Origin: Octopus vulgaris
Taxonomy: Eukaryota
Reading direction: 5' to 3'
Length of the DNA stretch: 64,000 nucleotides
Assembly (NCBI GenBank): GCA_951406725.2
Contig: OX597827.1
Location: 50,096,001-50,160,000, forward strand
Under the pieces are notes generated by a model that made no database searches, had not been told where the DNA came from, and worked only from the letters and a program-made list of their open reading frames with translations. The position numbers and the translations under genes were made by a program. Positions 54,037 to 64,000 of the stretch are shown piece after piece (position 1 is the first letter of the stretch; every line of letters begins with the position of its first letter).

Positions 54037-55199
54037 GTCTGTTAAATCATTTCACTTAATTATTAATAAACATAAAGATTCCTAACTAGCTAGTAAAGCA
54101 ATTCCATTTGTCCTTATTACCCGCTCACCAGTTGACCTTAATTTCTCAATCATCTTCCTCTCTGTTCATTTGTTGATGTTGCTCGGCAATCACGTTCGTT
54201 GAATATTTTATTACCATTTCTTGTGTTCTGTTTAGTTAGAATGGGAAGGGTTATGTTTATGACACTTAAAATTTTTAGCATCCTCTGTGAGTGATAGACC
54301 AAAATCACCATGAAGCTAAGGACCTCATCCTAAGTTTTGAAACAATATGAACTCTGCTAAAGGTACCCACGGACCAGTCGATGCTGCTAATCCGAATGAT
54401 AATTTAGTCCAGCATCTAAGAACACAGAACGTAAAGATCCTGAACAATAACGAAAGGCATCTTAATAGACGCTCTAACTATTCTGTCGATCCACTGCTAT
54501 GGAGTACAACTTTATTTTGTCAATTCTGAAAGGATGAAATGTAAAGTTATTTTGGCTAGCTTTGAACTCACAGCACTGAAAGCTGTAGCAAATATCACTC
54601 AAATCTGCGCTCTAACGACTCTGTCAATTCGTCATAGAGGCTCTTAAATGTATCATGACTAATTCATTAAATAACAAAACCAAAAATAAATCTTAACCGG
54701 AACGTAAATCTGATCTTTGCAGGCAAAGAACAGAAATAGAAATGTTTCAGTCATGAAGTCTTCTTGATTAGTGACATATTTTTAAATATAGAAAATAGTT
54801 TCGAATACATACATTTAGGCTAGTATAATTTGAATAATTAAAAAGCAAGAGGAGCGAACGGAAAGATTTCAGTTGGGTCAACAGTATGCATAAGTATGTT
54901 AAGGGATAGTGTAGTGACTGCCAGCAAACAAAACAATCTATATTTTTGATATTTTCCTCTCTTTGTTGGGAGAATTACCGTTAGCTGTTTTTTTTTCTTT
55001 TTCTCATTGGGAGGGAAATGTTAGTTAAATATTTGTTGCGTCCGACATTTCGTACATCATCCGAATTTGTGAAATTGACCTATTTGTAATTTCTTTTTTA
55101 TGATTATGCAAATTATATTGGTTATAGATAATTCATAACCCACTTCATTTTGTATATATAAATGTTAATTGAGTGACAGTCTGTATTAACCGTTTTGCA

Positions 55200-56433
55200 A
55201 GTAACCGGAAACATTCTCTGTAGGACAAGCCCGTTGTAGTTCAGGGTTCCGCCGCTAGGAGCCACTTGATGCGACACTCAAGCATTAGTCTGCCGACTGG
55301 CGTCGTCGTGCAAAGTCGTTCGTACTGCCACGTGGTGCGTCTTTGTTCTGCTGTGCTTCTCCCCTGTTCGTCGATTTTTGCGATGACTGAAACGAAAGGA
55401 CAGCGTGCTTCCGCGAAATTCTGTTTTCTGCCAGGGAAAAAGGTGGCTGAAACAGTTTTCTTGCTTCAAACAGCTTACAAGGACACTGCCATGAGCAAAA
55501 CACATGTTTAGAAGTGATTTTCACGCTTTAGGAATGTCTCTTGAAGACCGACCTTATTCAGGGCGACCGTCGATCTTCCGAACGAATGAAAATATCACGT
55601 AAATTGGAGGACCGTCGCCGAACAATTGACGAACTTATTGTTATGACTGGTGTGTCCTGGAGCTCCTGCCAACGAATTTTGAGCGAGGAATTGAGATTGA
55701 AAAGTGTTGCAGCAAAATTTGTGTCTCGGTCACGGAAGATTAAAAGCAGCCATGACCGAATGGGTGTTGTGAATTGAAAGAACAGTTGAAAGTTAACCCG
55801 GACTTTGTTTTCGAAAGTCATCACTGGTTACGAAAGCTGGTGTTATGGCTACGACCCGGAAACGAAGCAGCAACCAAGTCAATAGAAGCGTTCAATATCC
55901 CCACGCCACACCGAAAGTGCGTCAAGCGAAGTTCAATATGAAGACAGTGCTGATTTGCTTCAACGAGAAAGGATTTGTCTACACAGCATTTGTTCCACCT
56001 GGTCAAACTGTTAACAAGACATTTTACTTGGTAGTTCAGAAGCATTTGCTAGGCATGGTGAGACGAAAACGCCCCGACCAGTGTCAAAGTGGAGAGTGGT
56101 GGTATCATCACGACAATGCACCTTCGCATACCGTCTTGAGTGTGAGAAAGTTTTTGATCAAAAATGGCATGACACCGTTTACCCACATTCTGCTCCCGAC
56201 AACATTTTTTGTTCCCTCGATTGAAAAACGTCCTTAAAAGAAAAACGTTTTGTAGATGTGGAAGATGTAAAGTAAGAAACGACGGAGGCGTTAAAAGGTA
56301 TCACTTCGCAGGAGTTCTAGGACTGCTTCGAACAGTGGAAAATAAATTGAAGGTGATAAAAGTATAAACATGTAAAACTAAATGAATAAAATAATATTGC
56401 AAAACTTTGATATTTTGGGGGTACCGGGTCGTA
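55200..56433 (+). mobile_element. Mariner element, near full length but decayed
   Basis: QRASAKFCF..GKKVAET, ITGYESWCYGYDPETKQ, FVPPGQTVN, WWYHHDNAPSH; frameshifts. Confidence 0.88.
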
Positions 56434-56957
56434 CTAGATTGAAAGTGTCTAACAGTCCGTAATTGTCATTTGATGCAAACAATGATCAAAGTCTTCCTTC
56501 CCATAAGCACTGAAATGAATCTGCTTTTCTTTTAGCTGCTACTAACAGGTGATGGTATTTTTTCATTTACTCCAGCTAAAAGGAAAATTTCAATTAAGGA
56601 ATTTTTGCGCACATCACTTCTTAACATGTATACGCAGATTAAAAAGAGTTGAAAACAATTGATACGGAGGGGTCTTGGCGAAGATATGCTTTTGCTCGAA
56701 CATTATTTTGATTATGTCTTTGTTCAGTTATATGTCAATCCTGATAAGAGCAAAATTAAGACGAAAGACATTTCAGTTGCCACCATGCTGTCTTTTAGGT
56801 ATATTTTTACCTACCTGACAACAAATGCCCTACTATTATTTAAGAAGCTAAGGTGAGAATAGAGGGAGAGTTGACTGTTATTTGGCTATTTGTTTATCGG
56901 AGGTTATTGTGTAATCCAATGAATTGTTTCTATTTGAATTATATTTTCATTTTGTAG

Positions 56958-57016
56958 ATTTATTTGAAATGTTTGTGGGCAAGAATATCAAGCTTGATAT
57001 GGAGGTTGTGAAAAAG
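56958..57016 (+). CDS. PROM: Prominin-like coding exon 2 (DLFEMFVGKNIKLDMEVVKK)
   Basis: Acceptor ttcattttgtag, donor AAG|GTAGGC, 59 nt, phase 1 to 0, exactly bridging exons 1 and 3. Confidence 0.75.
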
Positions 57017-57367
57017 GTAGGCTCAGATTTATATATTAACAAGCGCAAATGTACACACACACAAACGCGCACAAACACACGCGCTCACATACGTACAAAT
57101 ATATCAATCATCATAGATACATATAGTAATGCATATATATAGAGAATGTTGACAAAATTACCCAAAAAAACTGCAAATACATTCCCGACCGATGCACCAA
57201 AACTTAGGCGCAGCTGTGGCTGTATGGCAAGAAGTTTGCTTCGCAAGCACATTGTTTCGGGTTTATTTCTATTGTGTAGCACCTTGGGCAAAAGTCTTTT
57301 TCTATAGCCTCGGCCCAAGCAAAGACTTGTGAGGATTTTCATAGGCGGAAACCGAAAGGAGCCTGTC

Positions 57368-57422
<55 letters not shown>

Positions 57423-57532
57423 GATTTCGAACGATGAAAATTTGTTAGCTGACCGCTAACAAATTTAATGTACGATAGGGTTTTATAAAGCTAGTTTTAT
57501 ATATTCTAAATTTGCAGAAGAATTTGTCATTT

Positions 57533-57606
57533 GGGCAATTTAGCTTAATGTTAAAGCACTTGACGCGTAATCAAAAGGATGTGAATTCCAGTCTCATGGC
57601 TGACCA
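57533..57606 (+). pseudogene. Decayed tRNA-Thr(CGT)-like unit, copy 1
   Basis: GGGCAATTTAGCTTAATGTTAAAGCA-CTTGA-CGCGTAA-TCAAA-AGGAT-GTGAATTCCAGTCTCAT-GGCTGACC; cloverleaf with mismatches. Confidence 0.55.
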
Positions 57607-57816
57607 CCGGCAGATTTTTCTGCAAAATATGGATAGTTTATCCTGTTCATGTTATGCGTTTGAGAATAAAATTATTTCTTTATCTGTATCTTTCAATACA
57701 TCTCAACGCTTCAAAAGCAAACTTTGTTGACTTTCAATGCAAGTCGAATTTAACGTAAATAGCGTCTTATAAAGCTGGATTTATATATCCTAAATTTGCA
57801 GAGGAATTTGACGTTC

Positions 57817-57890
57817 GGGCAGTTTAGCTTAATGGTAAAACACTCGACGCGTAATGACAGGGATGTGAATTCGAGTCTCATGGCTGGCCG
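57817..57890 (+). pseudogene. Decayed tRNA-Thr(CGT)-like unit, copy 2
   Basis: GGGCAGTTTAGCTTAATGGTAAAACA...CGCGTAA...GTGAATTCGAGTCTCATGGCTGGCC followed by a T run; 284-bp period with copy 1. Confidence 0.55.
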
Positions 57891-58630
57891 CCCACAGATT
57901 TTTCTGCAAAATATGGATAGTTTATCCTGTTCATGCTATGTTATTAGCATCATCCTGCGTTTGAGAATAAAACTATTTTCCTTATCTGTATATAAATGTC
58001 TCTGTTTGTACTACCATATTGTCAACCAATGTTGGAGTGGTTATGTCCCTGTAACATAGGGATCGGCAAAAGTAACCGATAGAATAAGTACTAGGCTTAC
58101 AAAGAATAAGTCCTGTGGTTGATTTGTTCGGCTAAAGTCGATGCCCCAGCATGGCTGCAGTCAAATGACTGAAACAAGAAAAAGAATAAAAGTGTATCTA
58201 TATATATATATAATGTCACATTTTGTTCTGACAAATTATGAAAATTTATATTACAATTTTTCAGGACAGTTTACTAAGTAGCTTGTTATATTGCGTTACG
58301 TAATGTTCTACTTTACACAAATGAAACACGCCATTCTAGTTGGTCTTATCTTCAGCTGGATATTTAATAATATTGAATGTTGAGTATGGGAAGGAGTGTG
58401 AAGGGACAAAGAGAAGAGGAACCTGCTGACAGAGTATTGGAGAAAATAGTGAAAGAGGTATTTTTCATCTTGGTACATGAACGTCTAGTTTTACCCAAGA
58501 ACTGTAAAAGCACTGTGATGCTGTGTAAGAAAAAGTATAAACTGTACAAGTACATGTACAGATTTGGCTGAATATCTGATGCTGGGATATATAATTTCCT
58601 TCACTTTCTTTTTTATTTTTTATATTCTAG

Positions 58631-58830
58631 ATAATCTTAAAGAACATTGGATTTGTTGTGGCTATTGCTGTTGGCATTCTCTTTATCATTATTTTCACTT
58701 TGGTCGGAATGTGCTTTTGCTGTTGCCGAAATTGCAATAAATGTGGTGGTAAACGAATACAAAAAAATGTAAATCGCACGAGACGAAGAATATATGTACT
58801 CTTGCTCCTGGTGACTATGATATTATTAAG
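58631..58830 (+). CDS. PROM: Prominin-like coding exon 3 (TM1, Cys-rich loop, TM2)
   Basis: IILKNIGFVVAIAVGILFIIIFTLVGMCFCCCRNCNKCGGKRIQ...YVLLLLVTMILL matches the prominin hallmark GxxFCxCRCxxKCGG; polypyrimidine acceptor ttctag, donor AG|GTAAGT. Confidence 0.93.
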
Positions 58831-59542
58831 GTAAGTCAAATTATACTTTCGTTTCTTTCTAATTCAAAATAACATAAAGAAAATATCTTGCACGTGTTAT
58901 AATAGTATACTTATGACCGCACAAAGGTCTTGAGTATACTATTGCTATAACTGATTTTCAATTGTTGTTTTTGCCAGCATGATTAAATATTATAGACTTA
59001 TTAGACAATACAGGCAAGATAAAAGAGTCAGTAGTAGAGCTTGATTTGTGAAGCATCGCACAAGATGGCATAGATTCTTAATTATCTGATCCGAACAACA
59101 ACATCAATGGAAATATATCATAGTGAAAATTTGATATGGTATCACAGATTAAGTGGTGAAAGATTTTTAGCATCCTTTCTGTTAGCTGTATCTAAATATA
59201 AGCAATAATAAATCTCAGACCAAGTTATAAACAGTAGCTACAACACATCGTGACTTATATTTGCCATTTAAATATGGCAAATATATGTCACGATATCTAA
59301 ATATAAATATGGTGCTATAGCGCAGTTATATTTAGTACAATTAAGTGGTGTGAAATGGCCAGTATGAAGTGATTAATTCAAGGAGCTGCAGAGTAAGTTG
59401 TCAGAAGGACATATTTGTCTTATCTTCTTGAAGCATAATCTGCATTTAATCTACGGTGATGTAGCGCAATTTGTATCACTTATATTTCAAACCAAATGAA
59501 TAAGAACTAGTTTTTGTTGCATTCCTTTTCGGAAGTCTTCAT

Positions 59543-59955
59543 AGGTGCAGGAGTGGCTGTGTGGTAAGTAGCTTTTTTACCAACCACATGGTTCCGAGTT
59601 CAGTCCCACTGCGTGGCACCTTGGGCAAGTGTCTTCTACTATAGCCTCGGGCCGACCAAAGCCTTGTGAGTGGATTTGGTAGACGGAAACTGAAAGAAGC
59701 CCGTCGTATATATGTATATATATATATGTGTGTGTGCGTGTATGTGTTTGTGTGTCTGTGTTTGTCCCCCTAGCATTGCTTGACAACCGATGCTGGTGTG
59801 TTTATGTCCCCGTCACTTAGCGGTTCGGCAAAAGAGGCCGATATAATAAGTACTGGGCTTACAAAGAATAAGTCCCGGGGTCGAGTTGCTCGACTAAAGG
59901 TGGTGCTCCAGCATGGCCGTAGTCAACTGACTGAAACAAGTAAAAGAGTAAAGAG
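59543..59955 (+). mobile_element. SINE family B copy
   Basis: Full-length match to family B. Confidence 0.9.
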
Positions 59956-62092
59956 TATATATTTTTTTCGCGAAGGTGATGTGTGTGTGTGTGTGTATGC
60001 TTTCATGTTTGTCTGTGTGTACGTATGTATGTGTAGGCGCAGTGGCCCAGTAGTTAGGATAGCAGACTTGCTGACGTAGGATCGCGGTTTCGATTCCCAG
60101 ACCGGGCATTGTGAGTGTTTATTGAGCGAAAACGCCTTAAGCTCCACAAGGTGCCGGCAACAACATTAGGAACACAACTGTATAGTAATCCATATTTTTC
60201 GTAGACTGTTGTTTCCACAAGCATAATTCTCTCACACAACACTTTTCTGGAAAGATTTGCTACTTACACGTGTGTATAACAATAAAAGATCTTCATACAT
60301 AATGCATACCTATACCACAAACAGGCAAGAATGCTAACAGAGAAAGAAATATTGCGTAGTTCTCAAATGCAGAAAGCATAAATTGTTGCTAATTTACAGG
60401 CTCTTTTCATGCAAGTGCATGTGGCACTTTGGGAATCTTAAGTTTGCTAGCATTCAGTCTCTTTTGCGCAATTATCCCAACTTTTTTGTACGTCAAACAC
60501 AGCTTATGTCCTCAATATTGTCCCTGAGTCTAAGTAAGTAGTCCAACAGATATCGTTTCGACCGTAGATGATACCAGCTATAAAACCGATGGAAGAAAGT
60601 GTTTGCCATGACCAGACATAATTGATGCATCCCTTCTTATATAGCTCATTTGTCATCATAGGATCTTAGCTAATAAAAACAATTATACTTAAATTTCCAG
60701 GTAGAGCTAACCTCACTTTCATTAGCCTATTGGATATAATAACAAAAAGTGGCCGCAGATTGCTAAAAGAGTGTTCGTGATCACTAGGCCAACACAACTG
60801 CACTCTACACAGCATTTTCGTTTTCAAACTAGAAACTGTAGCTCTCTTAAATTCTATATACCCCAGTTATGTTTTGACAGTGTAACAGTATCAGTTCCCT
60901 ATCGACTATCATCTAGACTTTCCAAAATTGGCAACACTCATCATCATTCCAGTGTTCCAGGAGCCAAAATTCAATTTGATTTGTTTTCTTCTCGCTTTTT
61001 CCTTTATTTCGACTTCAGAAATGGAGAGTCCACTGCGTGCGGTACCCCAGTTTAGTTGAGAGGGCGATTAATATCTCTCCTTTTTTCAGAATGTCCCCAG
61101 ATTTTAGCTGGCAACGCAACCCCTAGACAGGAGTGCGAGATGGGGACGAGGATGAGGTTGGATGCAACAAGGGTAACAAGTGGTCTTCAATGAGGGCTTC
61201 AAAAAGACTTATAGCGTAACTGTGGCCCATCTTTAGCGAAGGTCTGTAAAAACTCAGTGGCCTTTCCTTCGAGGCTTTTGGATACCGGTGAGAATAATGT
61301 AATCAATGTTCCCCTTGAAAATATGTAGGAAATAGCATGCGTACTAAGCAAGAAAAGTATGTGAAGAGATTGGGGGAAGAGGTTAAAATTGGGCTGTGGT
61401 GAACGAAATATGAATGACAATATAAGAAATGAGTGTATGAGGAATTCCTGAATGAAGTTGACACGAAACCAACAAAATCCGAAGATTAGAGGTCACTGTA
61501 GTAAAAAAAAAAAGACAGAGAGAAGAAATGGAACGTCTACAATCGAGTTTTATAGTGTGTTTATAAGCCGCTGTATTCCAATCAGTCGAGTAGCCTTTCT
61601 TTGAATGCGGTCAAAGATATGTATGTCATTATTCAGTTATATTTCAAGATTTCTTGTCAATAGAGAAAGAGTTGGTTTCTAACCTTAATCAAAGATTCCT
61701 TTTCTGAAAAAAAACAAAAAAACTGTAAGTATGGTAGTAAGTCAAAGTCGTGTTGTTCTCCATATTTGAGTATAGGGAAATATTTGTATATTTCAATTTA
61801 CTGCGTGACTCGTTTTTATCTGGTTCCTGTTTTACTTGATTAAATTCATAGGTTACTTTTCCCTTCAGCTTGTTTCGCTGATATGTGACTCAGAAAAACC
61901 TAAGGGAAAATAGTATAGTGATAACAGATCTTACACAACTGTGTATTTGCGATAGTCATACTGTTTGGGATTGATTTTAGTTTGTAAAATAGCTTTATTA
62001 GAATTTATCTTTACTTCTGTATGATTAATTAACGGCGCGAAACCTGCGATATTATTTACGAAATATAATGCATTTTCCCATATCTCTTTCAG

Positions 62093-62213
62093 TACTGGTC
62101 TTGCGTGTACGCTTGCGTCTATATCACAAATGGAGAGAAATATTAAAACCGTGCCAAAGACAATAACAACAAGTGTGGACTATGTCAACGACTATATTGA
62201 CAAATTATTTGAA
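62093..62213 (+). CDS. PROM: Prominin-like coding exon 4 (STGLACTLASISQMERNIKTVPKTITTSVDYVNDYIDKLFE)
   Basis: Acceptor tctctttcag, donor GAA|GTAAGT, 121 nt, phase 2 to 0, in frame with exon 3. Confidence 0.85.
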
Positions 62214-62396
62214 GTAAGTTTTTATTTCTTAAAATAATAATGCTGCTGACGATAATAAAATAATAATAATAATTTCATTTATTTGTAACCAGGGCGAAGG
62301 ATGAGGGGGACAACACAAAATAGGTATAAAGTAAGGGGGTTTACATATAATGAAATGGTAAAATAAATTAATAAACAAAAAAGTATAAATATATAT

Positions 62397-62562
62397 GGTG
62401 AGTGGCTGTGAGGTATGTAGCTTGCTAACCAACCACATGGTTCCGGGTTCAGTCCCACTGCGTGGCACCTTGGGCAAGTGTCTTCTACTATAGCCTCGGG
62501 CCGACCAAAGCCTTGTGAGTAGATTTGGTAGACGGAAACTGAAAGAAGCCTGTCGTATATAT

Positions 62563-62598
<36 letters not shown>

Positions 62599-62808
62599 AT
62601 ATGTTTGTGTGTCTGAGTTTGTCCCTCTAGCATTGCTTGACAACCGATGCTGGTGTGTTTACGTCCCCGTCAGTTAGCGGTTCGACAAAAGAGACCGATA
62701 GAATAAGTACTGGGCTTACAAAGAATAAGTCTCGGGGTCGATTTGCTCGACTAAAGGCGGTGCTCCAGCATGGCCGCAGTCAAATGACTGAAACAAGTAA
62801 AAGAGTAA
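62397..62808 (+). mobile_element. SINE family B copy
   Basis: Match to family B. Confidence 0.9.
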
Positions 62809-62839
62809 CGAAAAGGAAGGGAAATATACATAGTATACA

Positions 62840-63520
62840 AGGGTTAAAAAAACAAAGGAGGGTTGATAGCTATGTAGTCATCCTGATCCTAAAAGACCTC
62901 TAGGGATAATTGAGGAACCTCATTCTCCAAGATCTCCATGAACACTAAGGGAAAGTGCCCTCTCCAGTTCTTTTTCTCCGACTCACTAGTCTTCACTTAT
63001 AGAGTACCATCCACTCTGTCCATTTTCGCAACTTCCACTCACCTTTCAATAAACTCACTCGAAGTTAGCACTTCCCTCTCCACCCTCAATTTCCTTTTCA
63101 AGTGAAACTTGATGAAGTCAATGAGACCTCTACCAAAGAAGAACGTATCTGTCCTCAAGCCTTTCAGTCTCCTCCATCAGGCAACCTCTTTTACCGCAGC
63201 CACCAGGCAAAGGAAAACTGCTTTGACGGGCCGATTAAAGGAGAGCGGCGGGGCAATTATCACTATGGACTCGGCCAATAGACAGATTCGCCCCACACAT
63301 GACAGTAGCTGTTCGACATAACCTCACAAGTCAGCAATGCTCAGGCACTGAACGAGTGAGTGCGTGCAGAACGGTTTCAACTGCGCGCACCTCAGATAAG
63401 CCTGTCTGACAGTACATCCGCGCTTGTAGAGTTTATCTCGAACCGGTAGCGCTGGTCCGAAAGCTGATATCAGCTGGCTGTACTTGAGGAGAGACCAGAG
63501 CAGAAGAGGCTTAATAGCAG
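62840..63520 (-). mobile_element. Tx1/L1-like LINE C-terminal fragment
   Basis: ALPVRDKLYKRG...YLRC...HSLVQC resembles the zf-RVT region. Confidence 0.6.
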
Positions 63521-63569
63521 TAGAAGAATGTGAACAAATGGAAAAAAAAGTATAGTAGAGAAGCACAGT

Positions 63570-64000
63570 AAAAAAACTACCAAAGGGAGCTAATAAAGAA
63601 TAGGTGATGAAGCGCGAAATAGGAGAAAAGGACAAGAATGAAATACAAAGAGAGAAGGTCAGAGAGATCGAACAGAAACCTCTGCATGGCCAATTTTGGA
63701 GAGCCACTGAAGACATGCGGAACAAAATCCTGGGATAGGTTAAAAATGGGGCAATTAAAAAAGGAAACATCATAATTGTAGCAGACCAAGATCAAACAAT
63801 AAAAACAAACAACTTAAGAAAAATATATATGGAGAGAGTGTCCCAAAAATGTAGAGCCTGTGGAACTTGGAACGAGGCAGTGGCAGAATGCCCACAGTTG
63901 TCACATAAAGAATATAAGAAATGGAGGCACGACCATGTTGTAAAAGATTTACACTGGAAATTGTGCCAGATATGGGGATTTGAAGCTGAAAACACATGGT
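63570..64000 (+). mobile_element. R4/Dong-like LINE C-terminal fragment
   Basis: KPLHGQFWR, KCRAC, ECPQLSHKEYKKWRHDHVVKDLHWKLC. Confidence 0.8.

Overview
Eukaryotic, AT-rich, microsatellite-dense DNA. The SINE and LINE families and the (TA)n/(TAA)n/(TACA)n load suggest a coleoid cephalopod, probably Octopus (inference). Two divergently oriented spliced host genes can be reconstructed by hand. (1) A minus-strand gene for a secreted protein with a signal peptide and two PAN/apple modules: coding exons 16143-16071, 10344-10093, 6092-5862, 3368-3306 and possibly 2245-2101. (2) A plus-strand prominin (CD133/PROM-like) gene: coding exons 45872-46118, 56958-57016, 58631-58830 and 62093-62213, continuing past the window end. 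Intron 1 of prominin holds an apparently intact sense-strand RTE-clade LINE with a single 1046-aa APE+RT ORF. The rest is mostly decayed Penelope-like elements (PLEs), R4/Dong, HERO, Tx1/L1 and RTE LINEs, Tc1/mariner and hAT elements, Helitron-like MITEs and four tRNA-derived SINE families. The most unusual signal is a set of at least six type-I minimal hammerhead-ribozyme-like folds in PLE terminal repeats. Two of them, from unrelated families, share a non-canonical CCGANGA core. Also notable are a tandem pair of decayed tRNA-Thr(CGT)-like units nested inside a SINE and a 38-bp-arm palindrome between inverted SINEs. Repeat boundaries are approximate (read by eye).
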